Shown here: in pieces, positions 1-13,625 of the stretch
How the letters are laid out: the number at the start of each line of letters is the position of its first letter
How positions within the stretch are numbered: position 1 is the stretch's first letter
NCBI GenBank assembly: GCA_951406725.2
Contig: OX597839.1
Span: 40,362,001 to 40,426,000 of the forward strand
Source: Octopus vulgaris
Taxonomy: Eukaryota
Reading direction: 5' to 3'
Length of the DNA stretch: 64,000 nucleotides
Notes under the pieces: generated by a model
What the model was told of the DNA's origin: nothing
Database searches by the model: none
What the model saw: the letters and a program-made list of their open reading frames with translations, nothing else
Program-made: the position numbers and the translations under genes

Positions 1-103
1 GATGTTAAGTTTACTGGGCGTATTACGTATGATTAATGGGGTCGATCTAATCGATTAGTCCCCTCTTCCAAATTTGAAACCTTGTACCTATAATAGAAAA
101 GAA

Positions 104-105
<2 letters not shown>
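1..105 (+). mobile_element. 3' end of Meta-like SINE (tail variant B) running into (ATT)n
   Basis: ggggtcgatctaatcgattagtcccctcttccaaatttgaaaccttgtacctataatagaaaagaatattatt matches tail B seen at 7550-7620 and 61945-62016. Confidence 0.7.
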
Positions 106-173
<68 letters not shown>

Positions 174-174
174 A

Positions 175-275
175 TTGTTGTTGTTGTTGTTGTTGTTTTT
201 GTTGTTGTTGCTATTGACTATTGACTATTCTCCAAATTTCAAGCCTTGTACCTCCACTACAAATTATTATTATTA

Positions 276-337
<62 letters not shown>

Positions 338-429
338 GTTGTTGTTGTTGTTGTTGTTTTTGTTGTTGTTGCTATTGACTATTCTCCAAATTTCAAGCCT
401 TGTACCTCCACTACAAATTATTATTATTA

Positions 430-485
<56 letters not shown>
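175..485. repeat. Tandem duplication (~154-bp period) of (GTT)n, a SINE-tail fragment and (ATT)n
   Basis: ctattctccaaatttcaagccttgtacctccactacaaatta occurs at 225 and 379. Confidence 0.9.
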
Positions 486-1033
486 GAGTGAGAGAGCAGT
501 GCATGCCATCAAAGTGACACCGGGGTAAAATATACGAAGCCCAGCATACCCATCATTACCACCTGTCTGATTAAGGTACACCAGGTACATGCATCACAAC
601 CATATGTGCGCGACATGGTGATCCCATATCAAGATAAACAGCACATGACCTTGCAGGTGAGGCCCAGGTAGAATTTTCTTCTGGTTGAGTAGCCCATCCC
701 GCTCAAAAGGTCTCTAAATAAGTTTTTCTTAAGGATGATGAACGAAGCACTTTCCAGAGTGAATTATCCAAACCTCCAAGAATTCCTTTCAGCACACGGC
801 TATGGTGCTCCCCCACTACTTTTGTTTGTGATCAGAGACGCATATATCGTCAGCCACTAAGGGACACGGTCAAATGGTTAAGGTCAAACAACTGACAAGC
901 AAATTTGTGGTATTGAGCAGAATGTTTGCTGTAGCCCATCTTTTATATCAAGACAATGCAATGTACATGATAACACTTTCAATCAGTTAAGATCAGAAGC
1001 CATGAGAGCCACTGTCTGGTACTGCATCAGGAC

Positions 1034-1035
<2 letters not shown>
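486..1035. mobile_element. ~550-bp complex-sequence insertion in an (ATT)n tract, probable interspersed repeat
   Basis: Sharp boundaries with pure (ATT)n on both sides and no ORF; resembles a sequence I recall as an octopus repeat (unverified). Confidence 0.55.
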
Positions 1036-1125
<90 letters not shown>

Positions 1126-1167
1126 ATATCATCTTTATTATTATTATTATTATTATTATTGGTATCA

Positions 1168-1222
<55 letters not shown>

Positions 1223-1287
1223 CATCTTTATTATTATTATTATTGGTATCATTATTATTATCATCATGCTCATTATTATTATTATTA

Positions 1288-1342
<55 letters not shown>

Positions 1343-1431
1343 CATCTTTATTATTATTATTATTATTAGTATCATTGTTATTATCATCATCCTTATTATT
1401 ATTATTATTATTATTATTATTGTTATTGTTA

Positions 1432-1489
<58 letters not shown>

Positions 1490-1575
1490 CATCTTTATTA
1501 TTATTATTATTATTAGTATCATTGTTATTATCATCATCCTCATTATTATTATTATTATCATTATTGTTATTTTTA

Positions 1576-1636
<61 letters not shown>

Positions 1637-1685
1637 CATCTTTATTATTATTATTATTATTAGTATCATTGTTATTATCATCATC

Positions 1686-1721
<36 letters not shown>

Positions 1722-1781
1722 GTTATTTTTATTATTATTATTATTATTATTGTTATTTTTATCATTATTATTATTATTATT
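1036..1781. repeat. Compound (ATT)n/(AGT)n microsatellite with a 147-bp higher-order period
   Basis: agtatcattgttattatcatcatcc recurs at 1368, 1515 and 1662. Confidence 0.95.
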
Positions 1782-2029
1782 GACGTGGGGTCCACCGTAC
1801 GCTTGCTGCTGGAAGGTCTATCAAAAATTCTTTTCCGGACACTGTATTTTGTGTTTCGGGTCAGCCTTTCTGCAGAAGCATTATGAGCACAACAACAACA
1901 ACCATCCAACTCTCTCTCTCCTTTATTCCGACATAATGTATCTACAACGAAATTATGTAATTTCTCTTCTACTCTTATTGAATGTTGCTGTTGTTGTTAC
2001 TGTTGCTGCTGTGGTTGTTGTTGTATAAA

Positions 2030-2700
2030 TCTTCGCCAGCCCTGATCAAACAGGCTTAAGATCAAACACGTTCTGGTGTTCAATAGTCAATCATTAATTC
2101 AGATTTAATCAACCTGGGTGAACATTATTTAACTTGTCTTTTCTTATTGTTGTTGAAGTCTTTGTCACCTCTGATCAAACAGACCCATGATCAAAAGCGT
2201 TCCAGCAATGACCATTCCATCTTTTATTCAGATATAATAATATTCAGGACTACTATATCTAATGTATCCTTTCTTGGTGGACTTTAGCTACATATCAGGT
2301 CTGACTGAGCACATAGACACTTGTTCAAAGACGTTCCAGCCTTGCCCATCCCATTTTTTATTCAGATATAATTAGTCTAGAAGTTCAACATCAAAAACAT
2401 ATTTTCTTGGTTTATTTTAACTACATGTCAGGTCTGAGCAAATAGATACTTGTTCAAAGACGTTCCAGCCTTGCCCATCCCATTTTTTATTCAGATATAA
2501 TGTGTCTAGAAGTTCAACATCAAAAACATATTTTCTGGGTTTATTTTAACTACATGTCAGCTCTGAGCGAATAGACACCTGCTCAAAGACGTTCCAGCGA
2601 TGTCCATCCCATCTTTTATTCAGATATAATATATGTATAGAAGTACGACATCTAACGTATATTTTCTTCTTTGAGTTTAACTACGTCTCAGCCTGGTCGA
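2030..2700 (+). repeat. ~129-bp tandem repeat, about 5 diverging copies
   Basis: acgttccagc at 2331, 2460 and 2589; degenerate equivalents at ~2068 and ~2197. Confidence 0.85.
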
Positions 2701-3824
2701 AAGGATTTATGCTCAATCAGAAAAATATTACTTCATCTGGCTGTGATATTTATCCACCGGATGTGCTCAATTTATTTTTGTTCATTTCAAGCATAGAATC
2801 TTCTAAACAGTATCATTCGATCGAGGGTTTATTTTTATCTTTGTATGTATGTGTGCGTCTAAGAACGAATACAAAAATAAGTTTCGACTAAGTAGTATCT
2901 TCCTTTCAACTTCTACTTCCTTTTCTTTCTCTTAACAGTTACAACAGCGATGGCTCATTACGTCATTTTCTCGAAACTAGAATGTATAATTTTCGCGTTC
3001 ATATTTGAATTTTTCGCGTTTCAAATTTTCTGTTTTTTTTCTCATTCATCTTTCAATAGAATGTGACTGTCATGGTTGGAACGCCTTAGATCATAGGTCT
3101 TCCAAATCAGCAATGGGATGTCACTAACCAACAAGAATGAGACTGAAGGACACATTAAATAATGTAAGTCCGAGATAAATTTTGTTTGAAATATAGATGC
3201 GATGGTCATGGACGGATCACCTTAAGTCATAGATCTGTTTGATGGGTACAACAGATATAAATCAAAACTAAACAGCAATAAGAACAATAATTATGAAGGA
3301 CAGATAAAAAGAATTAGGCCAATAAAATTATTACTGTGACAGCGTGGTCATATTTGGAAAGTCGTTGACCATAGAAGCACTTCAATTAAGGTTCACACAT
3401 AACAGACTCTTATGGATATGAGCACTTGCATGTTTGTATGGGTACAGAACTCTTCCTTCAATTTCCACTTCTACGTAGAGAGGGTAGAGTGTCTTGTGAC
3501 AAGCAACTACTTACACTTGTATTGTATTTACATTTAAATTAAGTTTTAAAGACAGTCTTGGCTAACATCCTAGATCGGACCTATAGTACATTCTGACCTC
3601 ACCTCAACACAAACACTGCATAACGCTTCATATATGTATGTGTATTGAGAACCTAGAATATATATGTGTGTGCATATGTGTATGCGTACATGTATATATT
3701 GATAACTCTCTCCCTTCCTCTCTCTCTCTCTCTCTCTCTGTATTTATATATTCACAGATAAATAGATATGTATGTAGACGTAACTATCTATGTATGTATC
3801 TGTATCAGTTTAAACACACACACA

Positions 3825-3888
<64 letters not shown>

Positions 3889-4176
3889 CATACATATATG
3901 CATACACATATACATACATACATATATATATATACACATATATATACATACATACATATATATATATATACATATATATACATACATATATACTTGCGCT
4001 AATTTAAATTCGGGCTTACTCATTTATATATAACGACTTCCATTAACACACACATGTACATACATACACACACTCATTTATATATATATATATATCCACA
4101 CATCCACACAAACACACAAACACATACACACATATATAAGGAGATAGATGGTTAGTTAGTCAGATAGATATATAGG

Positions 4177-4234
<58 letters not shown>

Positions 4235-4250
4235 TAGATAGGTAGGTAGG

Positions 4251-4342
<92 letters not shown>
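4177..4342. repeat. (GATA)n microsatellite
   Basis: Direct inspection. Confidence 0.95.
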
Positions 4343-4343
<1 letters not shown>

Positions 4344-4826
4344 GAAGATATATAACCCTACTTAACGTGTAGATCTCCCCAAAAGAACAACAACAGTAAA
4401 TTTAAAACGAATGAATTAGATATGAAATGATATACGATCTAAAGTAGGGTAAGATGGAAAAAATCCAACCAGGGATTATAAAGTGCCAAAACATCCCTAT
4501 CCTGCTCCTGTTGTTCGGAAATCTAAGCTTAAGTTATAAGACCAAGTAAGAAGAAAGCTAACTGTTAGTTGCACAGCCAAAGAAAACAGTATTTCCACTC
4601 CAAAGAAGATATGAATTATGGCGTCCATCAGTGAATTTCATTAATGTTGGTGACTCCCTTGTAGCGCTGTAGTGGATACGGTCGGATATTGTTTGATGGG
4701 GTTTTATGATATGATAAAGTGTCTGCTATCACACGAGTGAGTGTATGGAGGTGTGAGGGTATGGTGTGCGTGAATGTCTGTGTGCTTGCGTGGATGTGTT
4801 TCTCTGATTGTGAAAGCTTGCGTGAA

Positions 4827-4912
<86 letters not shown>

Positions 4913-4925
4913 TATATATGTATAC

Positions 4926-4964
<39 letters not shown>

Positions 4965-5685
4965 CACCCACACATACACATAAATATGCATATATTTCTA
5001 CATGCATACACACATACATATATATATATATACACACATACATACATATATATGTATATATGTATGTATTTATATACGTAGGCATTTTGGGGCGTATATG
5101 TGTACGAATATATACACATATACTGACAGCTAGCCAGATATGATGTGCACTGATAGATTCTACATACGCATACACAAGCACACACACGAACGCATTTACA
5201 TCATTAAGCAAGCCCTGAAAAATGGCGTGGTGAATATATATATATATATATATATATTAACGAATAGTATCTACGAATAGTAGTACCCTCAATATAATAT
5301 AATATATATATATATATATACACAGACATACGCACACACACACACATACACACACACACAAACACACACAAACACACACACACACACACACACAGGCTTA
5401 TTGGATACATATAAAATCTGACGTATAAGTAGCCATACGTAAATCTTCATCCACAAGACTCATATATAATCTTTATTGCAGTTAAACATAAATATTTTAT
5501 CAAGATACTTCTTGCATTTTTAATATATGATGTGAATATAAGATAGCCTCATAAAATGCTATGGTACACACGTAAGCACACATATGCTGCACGAATGCAA
5601 ACAATTACGCATAGACGCGCACACATAGATACATAGGCCTATATACATACATTCACTTTTATGGGCACATATCGGTACTCGTCCA

Positions 5686-5754
<69 letters not shown>

Positions 5755-5990
5755 GATCGCGTATATGCTCTCAATACATATATATCAATAGTCAACTAAA
5801 TAACGATGCGGGAGCCTCTACGTCGCTAGAAACAGGAGCCAAATTACTTTTGAAATTAGCCTTTGATTTAAAAGTTATAGAAGACAAAAAAAAAAAGAAA
5901 AAGAAGAAAGAAAAAGAACGACGCATGAAGTACATTTGGCAAATACGTGATTTCGGGTTCAATCCCGGTGCGTGAAATTTTCGGTATATA

Positions 5991-6038
<48 letters not shown>

Positions 6039-6466
6039 TTTACATAAATAAATAACGTGAAATACACGAAGGGACGAACAAAAAGACAAACGGGTCATTC
6101 AAGGCCTTCATTCTGTGTGTGTGTGAGGGGGGGTGTATATAATTATATCAAAGGGAAATGGAATTTAATTAAATTTAAAATATTCAATCAAAATTTACAT
6201 TTCCAGTGGTCTAACATGCAAAAGAAATTAGTCAAGAAGACTAAATATTAGTTATACGATATAGGGTATATTTATACACATAAGGAATCCACTTAGCGTG
6301 AAATTCGACACATTAGAGAGAACAGCTAGGTTCTATAAACCACAAAATTAACGGATAAAATTCGACAGGAATAAATTTGGAAATGAAAAGCATTTACCAT
6401 CTAGTACCCCGGACCAAATTGGTTTCTGATCTTCTTTTAGCAAATATATATATATGTATGTATATA

Positions 6467-7360
6467 CAGTGTTGGTGAAAAGTTAGTAGGTATTAAAAGT
6501 TGTTAATAAAATCCATATTCCTTTTACAAATTTATTGAAACAAATGATACATGTTCCTTATTACATGGGGAAATGGAACTAAATGTTCATATTTCAACCT
6601 AAGCATTGGTGGCGTCTACGAGTTTCCTCAAACGGCCAGGGGTAGAATGAACAGACTACGTCTGGGGCATCATTGAGAACCTCCCGAATCAGTGTCTCTA
6701 AATCCTCCATTGTACGAGGTTTTGTCTTGTACACCTCCTCTTTTGTGTAACCCCACAGGTAAAAATCACTTGGTGTGAGATCTGGACTTCATGGAGACCA
6801 TTCACGAGTTCCACATCGCCCTATCCAACGTCCTGGAAGATATTGGTCTAACCACGCACTCACAGTAAGAGCAAAATGGAGTGGTGCACCCTCCTGTATG
6901 AATATCGGGTCACCAATGCTATCCCAGCCAGATACCGTGGGCTACTCTTAATTCTCGAGCATCTGAAGATAGCGGGTCGTATTCATGGCGGAAGATACGA
7001 GCCGACGACTCTTGTTGCCATCATTCCGCACCAAACGGTCATTTTGTTCTAGCTTGCATCCTCTCAACCGTCATGTTCGGGTCGTTATCACACGACGCCC
7101 AGTAATAGCAGTTGTGACGATTGATAAAACCACCAACATGGAATACAGCCCCGTCATTCCAGAGGATGTTTTCAAGTAATTCAGGCCAATCTTCATGCCA
7201 GCCTAGCACTAACTCTCCATATTCTTTTTTGTGGTCACAGTCTTCAGGTTTTAGCTCCAGCACGTAATGGGGCTTCCACGGACAAAAATTCTGTTATTTA
7301 TGCAACACCGTGTGTATTGTGTGTCTTGTTAGACCACTTTCAGGAGCTGCTTGACGTGTG
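6467..7360 (-). pseudogene. Decayed Tc1/mariner-superfamily transposase, DD41D (rosa-like); N-terminal part cut off by a SINE cluster
   Basis: Minus-strand translation gives ILWNDGAVFHVGGFINRHN, FIQEGAPLHFA and WSP*SPDLTPSDFYLWGY, with 41 residues between the second and third catalytic positions; in-frame stop and frameshift; TA|CAGTG terminus at 6467. Confidence 0.9.
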
Positions 7361-7361
7361 A

Positions 7362-7975
7362 CGCACTGGGGTCGATATAATCGACTTAATCCGTTTGTCT
7401 GTCCTTGTTTGTCCCCTCTGTGTTTAGCCCCTTGTGGGTAGTAAAGAAATAGGTATTTCGTCTGTCTTTACGTTCTGAGTTCAATCCCGCCGAGGTCGAC
7501 TTTGCCTTTCTTCCTTTCGGGGTCTATAAATTAAGTACCAGTTACGCACTGGAGTCGATTTAATCGACTGTCCCCTTCCCCAAAATTTAGGGTGTTATGC
7601 CTAGAGTACAAAGGAATATTTAAGGCGGTGAGTTGGCAGAAACGTTAGCACGCCGGGCGAAATTCTTAGCGGTATTTCGTCTGAGGTTACGTTCTGAGTT
7701 CAAATTCCGCCGTGGTCGACTTTGCCTTTCATCCTTTCAGGGTCGATAAATTAAGTACCAGTTACGCACTGGCTCGATATAATCGACTTAATCAGTTTTT
7801 TTTCTGTCCTTGTTTATCCCCTCTGTGTGTAGCCTCTTGTGGGTAGTAAAGAAATAGCAACAGGTATTTCGTCTGTCTTGACGTTCTGAATTCAAATTTA
7901 CCGAGGTTGATTATGCCTCTCATCCTTCCAAGGTCGATAAATTAAGTACCAGTTGCGTACTGGGGTCGAGCGTTC
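7362..7975 (+). mobile_element. Cluster of Meta-like tRNA-derived SINE copies (tandem/nested)
   Basis: Repeated gtcgactttgcctttcatcctttcggggtcgataaattaagtaccag core; head ggcggtgagttggcagaaacgttagc at ~7624. Confidence 0.9.
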
Positions 7976-8664
7976 ATGCTAGAAAAAAGCAGCTAAATTC
8001 TATTAAAATCGTACTGTAAATTTATTTATAGAATGCAACAGGGACTTAGAATAAAACATTCATAGAAACACATTTATCTAAAAAGATGGAGGAATTTACT
8101 ACGTCTCGATTTGCTTTTCTTTACATGCCTGTCTGGCCAGAGACTGCTGTTGGGTATATAACAACAGTGACGTCATTTTAAATCTTTCACCGACCCCCAC
8201 TAACCACCTCTCTGTCTGCAGTCTTCTTTAATTAGCATTTTTACTCAATAAACTTCCGCAGATGCTCCGAAGATCGTCTCACCTTCATCCTAGGAATGTC
8301 TGCTTTGCAAGATCCGAATACATCCTGCCGCCTCATAATTCTTGCCTTTCAACCTTCTACACCCAAATTCACCTTTTCTCAAACTCGTATTTAGTATCAT
8401 TTTTCCTTCTGTTCTTTCAATTAAGAATATTCGGCATTTAAATATTATATATTCATATAGGGGTGTCTATAATGTTGCATATATGAATGAGTACAATTTT
8501 AAGTATTTATACACATGTTACGGCCAAATTAAAACCGAATCTCAAATTTACTCGTCTTACTAAACGTTTTAACAGTGAATATGTAATGTTCACCGATTCA
8601 CATCGTGATAGAAATTGAAACCGCACCCAGCAAAGGTACATGTTCTACGGTTTCTTTTCTTAAA

Positions 8665-8895
8665 GGCGGCGAGCTGGTAGAACCGTTAGCACGCCGGGCG
8701 AAATGCGTAGCCGTATTTCGTCTGCCGTTACGTTCTGAGTTCAAATTCCGCCGAGGTCGACTTTGCCTTTCATCCTTTCGGGGTCGATTAAATAAGTACC
8801 AGTTACGCACTGGGGTCGATGTACTCGACTTAATCCATTTGTCTGTCCTTGTTTGTCCCCTCTATGTTTAGCCCCTTGTGGGTAATAAAGAAATA
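8665..8895 (+). mobile_element. Full-length Meta-like SINE (tail A) inserted into a CORE-like SINE remnant
   Basis: A-box-like tggtagaaccg and B-box gagttcaaattcc; flanking direct repeat ggtttctttt at 8649-8658 and 8896-8905. Confidence 0.9.
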
Positions 8896-8954
8896 GGTTT
8901 CTTTTGCCGAACCGTTAATGTCAAGGGGACGTAAAAAAAACCCAACAAGAGCGG

Positions 8955-9110
8955 TAGGGCGCTCTAAGACCATATTACGAAGAGAAATTGATACGGAAGA
9001 GACAATAAGGTTGGAGAAGCTATAATTAGATCAGAACAGTAGCAGAAAACAAAGATGGTTGGAGAGATCATGTTGCGGTCTTCTGTGCCTAATCGTGCGA
9101 AGAGAACTGG
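8955..9110 (+). mobile_element. RTE-clade LINE 3' fragment (decayed)
   Basis: Translates (with a frameshift) as GRSKTILRREIDTE...AENKDGWRDHVAVFCA, resembling the RTE C-terminal GRPKxTWRR...AxDRxxWRxxVxALC pattern. Confidence 0.55.
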
Positions 9111-9224
9111 CTGAAAAAAGCTACGGAGGTTGCCAAACGGTGGTGTGAGACAAGCACAGACACAAAGGGGAATGCACACAGACTCTCTCTCTCTCTCTCT
9201 GTCATACACATATATGTATATATA

Positions 9225-9372
9225 TGCACACTACGGGCTTCCGCACAGTTTCCGTCTTGCAGATTCACAGTGAAAGCATTGGTTGACCCAGTACCATGTA
9301 GTAGTAGTAGCTGAACCCAAACTCACGTAGTCGCAGAACAAGCTTCTTAACCACACAGCCCAACTTATGCCT
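9225..9372 (-). mobile_element. Degenerate CORE-like SINE 5' half
   Basis: acgggcttccgcacagtttccgtct...aaccacacagcc matches the family. Confidence 0.6.
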
Positions 9373-9809
9373 TTTTATATGTAGATCTTTTTTTTTATTA
9401 ATGGTCCTCCAGGGTCAAGAAGGGCGATGTCATTGAAGTAAAGTGCTTTTGTTATGAGGAATTTCCAATAATTATGTCCTTTGACTCGGAAATATGGCCG
9501 ACGTTTTACTGCAGAAATAAAAAAACAAAATGGAGTTGTTTATTGCGACAGATGTGCACACATACCGCCGCCGCCACCACCACCACCACCACTGTCACCA
9601 TCACCACTACCACCGCCACCACCATCGCTGTCTCCACCACCACCACAACTATCTATTTCAAACGATTAGCAACATCACGACTATTCTACCGCCACCGCCA
9701 CCATCGTCGACATAATAGGAACTGTCTCCTCCACAATCGTCCCTACCACACTACACCGTCATCACACCCATCCGGTTCGCCACCATCACAGCCAATATCA
9801 TTATACATA

Positions 9810-9847
<38 letters not shown>

Positions 9848-9976
9848 AATACACACAGATGCACATGTACGTACATACAAACATACATACATGCACACAC
9901 ATACTGTATATATATATATGTACACACACACACACACACTCATACAAACACACACAGATACACATATACATACATG

Positions 9977-10019
<43 letters not shown>

Positions 10020-10159
10020 ATACACACACTCATACACACACTCAGATACACGTATACATACATGCATACATATATATACATATATAAATACACACTCACA
10101 TATATATATATATAAACAGAAGCACGCATATATATACATTGACATACATGCACTTACAC

Positions 10160-10190
<31 letters not shown>

Positions 10191-10785
10191 AGCAGGCAAT
10201 CGTTACCATCACCAGGCACAACACACCAAAAGCAATCATTTCAAAAGGTTTGCTTTGGTTCAGGCCGAAAGAATTTTCATGGATTTAATCGTAAAAAAAT
10301 ACAAATAACTTCTTTCACAAACCTTTATTTTATTATTTCCTCCGATCCTTTCGCTGAGGTGATTGACAATAAAATAACATAAAATGCAGTTTAGAAAGAA
10401 ACCGGTGATACATAAAAATAAAAGGAAATACGTCGGTTGCGACGAGCATAATCTAAGTATCTGATTAACTAAACTGCCCACGTAGTGAATTATTTTAACT
10501 ATGGCTGACATTTCTGCAGTCACTAGTTCACCAATTTCACCAAGTAGATCGGTGCGTTAAAATAACCTTTTATCATTAATTTAAAATTATAATTTAATCC
10601 ATAATAGGATAGTGCAGTTTTATGCGGTACTGCTCGTAGCATACACGTGGGTATAGGGGCTGAATAGTGTATTCACATTCAGCTCTGTAAATTTAGGAAG
10701 TGTTGGTTGGGTATCTGTTACATGATGTCGCTCGATCGTGTACATATTTGTGACCCTAGCACGTTCAAATTTTATAATTGGAAAT

Positions 10786-10848
10786 ACTATACTGAAGAGA
10801 GAAGTAAGTAAATTTTAAAACACTTTAATCTCGAAACGCGTATATAGT
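10786..10848 (+). ncRNA. Minimal type I hammerhead ribozyme motif (Penelope-associated type)
   Basis: Stem I ACTATA/TATAGT; core CTGAAGA; stem II GAGA/TCTC; GAAA; palindromic loop CGCG; UA cleavage site after 10842. Confidence 0.8.
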
Positions 10849-11063
10849 TAATGCTGGTCGTGTTGATACCTTGTTTTTCTCATTGCCTTCGTCAAAAAGT
10901 ATGTTACTGTCATAGAGATTCTTATATTAGTAGAAAAGGAATTTTAACACCTATTTCTAAATTCGGTATGTGGTGAAACAATTAGCTGAACTCTAATTAT
11001 AATTATGTTTATAATTATTATTGTTATTATTATTATTATTATTAATATTATTATTATTATTAT

Positions 11064-11107
<44 letters not shown>

Positions 11108-11270
11108 TGTATTTTTGCAAATTGAATTGAAATTTTGAAGTGAATCTAACGTTATTTTGTGTGTTTTTAAATGGCTTATAAACACTTTCCGCGCAGAAAT
11201 TGTTTATATATATATATATATATATGAATAAATAAATGGAGTTAACGCAGGTGTACATCAAATATTTTTA

Positions 11271-11354
11271 CTTTCGACACATGTTTCGAAAATTCCACTG
11301 ATTCTATTCAAAGGAATAAATGGTATAAACAATGCAATCTTCTCTTCAGGAAAC
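11271..11354 (-). ncRNA. Type I hammerhead ribozyme motif with long stem II
   Basis: Minus strand: tttc-CTGAAGA-GAAGATTGCATTG...CAGTGGAATTTTC-GAAAC-atgt-GTC-gaaa; full core, GUC triplet, 4-bp stem I. Confidence 0.7.
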
Positions 11355-11912
11355 TGAAAAAAACGAAATTCGTCAATAAGACATTTTAGCAAAAGATATA
11401 TATATATATATATATATATTGACAATATTAAAAATAAGGATTACTCTGAAGTAGCAATAGAATTACCTTTAATTCTATAATTATATACCACCTTTCAAAG
11501 AACAACACATAGTTCAATTGCACCGATTAGTAACCGGTGCAATTGCAACACGACTTTAAAACCGGTGCAGACTCTTCAGGGTCTTAACTCGATATTCCTC
11601 GGTATCACCGTTTAATAATTTTCATTTATAAACTCTGAGTTGTATAATGTAGAAGTTGTCCGTAAATTCGGATGCAACATATATATATATATATACAGAC
11701 ACACACACAAATATATATTTATATACATATATAAAATATGAATGCATTTCTGGATAAAACTATGTACCAATAAAATTTTACAAATATATATACTTACACT
11801 TACACGCATACAGCCCAACATACATGTATATATGCATCTGTACGTTAATATAAAATGGAGGTTAACACACATTCCCTCAACCATATTACACTGTAAATGA
11901 TATCGGATAAAA

Positions 11913-11949
11913 CATTATTATTATTATCATTATTATTATTTATTTTATC

Positions 11950-12046
<97 letters not shown>

Positions 12047-12092
12047 CATTATTGTTATTATTGTTATTATTATTATCATTATTATTATTATT

Positions 12093-12150
<58 letters not shown>
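11913..12150. repeat. (ATT)n switching to (AAT)n, a self-complementary microsatellite pair
   Basis: Strand switch at ~12095. Confidence 0.9.
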
Positions 12151-12475
12151 TCTGTCATTTCTGTCATTTTTGTTGTTCTTATTCTTGCAGTGTGTATTCA
12201 TAGTTATTTTTATAATGACAATATCTCATCTTTTATGTGGATGATGCGTGCAAAATTCATATTTCGTGCCAAACTTTCAATGTATATATATACATATAAA
12301 TATATATGCGTATGTGTGTGTGTGTATGCGCGTTAAATTTATGTATGTATACACAAATATGACTGACATCATCATTCCAACGCCTGGGGCTATAAAATCA
12401 GTAGAAAAGAACAATAAACTTGCTCCACGTTAACCACACCACTACCCAAAAATTCAGAGACGAAAGAAATGGTAG

Positions 12476-12527
<52 letters not shown>

Positions 12528-12540
12528 AATGATAATGATA

Positions 12541-12583
<43 letters not shown>

Positions 12584-12692
12584 TAATAATAATAATAATA
12601 AATAATTGATCATTGCCTTTAATGGGTAGAAGTTATGAACTTCCAGATATAAATCTACCGATAATCGGACGTAAAGAATGGTGGTTCCTAGG

Positions 12693-12822
<130 letters not shown>

Positions 12823-12924
12823 ATAGTATTATATGTGTGTGTAAATGTATCTGTGCGTTGATACACGCATATCTTTATACTGTAGCGGTTTTCTCAATCA
12901 CACTTCCTCGTGTATCACGTGACC

Positions 12925-12966
<42 letters not shown>

Positions 12967-13093
12967 ACATATGAAACCAAATTAATGTGTAGCGCATGTA
13001 TGTAACTATATATTCATATATATATATATATATATATACACACAAATATATATACATATATATATATATATATAAGTATATTTATATATATAC

Positions 13094-13130
<37 letters not shown>

Positions 13131-13499
13131 CGCGTGAGTGTATTACATTGAATGGCATCTTTACTTCTGCACCTGTGCCGAATTGCCCATTCTGCTAAAT
13201 TAAAGGACATCACAAGGTTAATCTGAAGAAAAGTTTTCCAAAAAAATAATTCTTGGGTTGTCACGGGTGGAATATCTTTGATGATAGATTTGTTTGATTA
13301 AAGATTAAGAACAATAACAACGTTTCTCTGTTGAACTTCCTGTTTGTCATTAGTCCTATTATTCTCATAACTTCTGTTCTCGAACTGCTGTTAGTCATTA
13401 GTCCTTTTATTCTAAAAACTTCTTTTCTCAAATTTCTGTTTATCCTAAGCTTTTTTATCATTCTTATAACATCTTTCCACAAACTGGTGTTAATAAGTC

Positions 13500-13625
13500 C
13501 TTTATCTGCTACCAGCTTCAGTCCTTGGATAGCTGCTTTCTGGAATTCATGGCCATCGTCTTGTTTTCCTTCGGTCTATGATATTCCTTCCTTTGAGCTT
13601 TCTGTCAATCGTCAGCTTTTAAATC
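13500..13625 (+). mobile_element. L2/CR1-type LINE ORF2 C-terminal remnant
   Basis: SFSPWIAAFWNSWPSSCFPSVYDIPSFELSVNRQL resembles the SFFPRTxxLWNSLPxxVFPxxYNLxxFKxxVN terminus. Confidence 0.65.

Noticed and set aside
1782-1890. ~110-bp unique island between microsatellites
   Set aside because: No recognisable peptide or convincing splice sites; origin undetermined
175-2028. Long poly-I/L/Y ORFs, and similar YI/CV/SL-repeat ORFs throughout the window
   Set aside because: Translations of microsatellites with no coding signal
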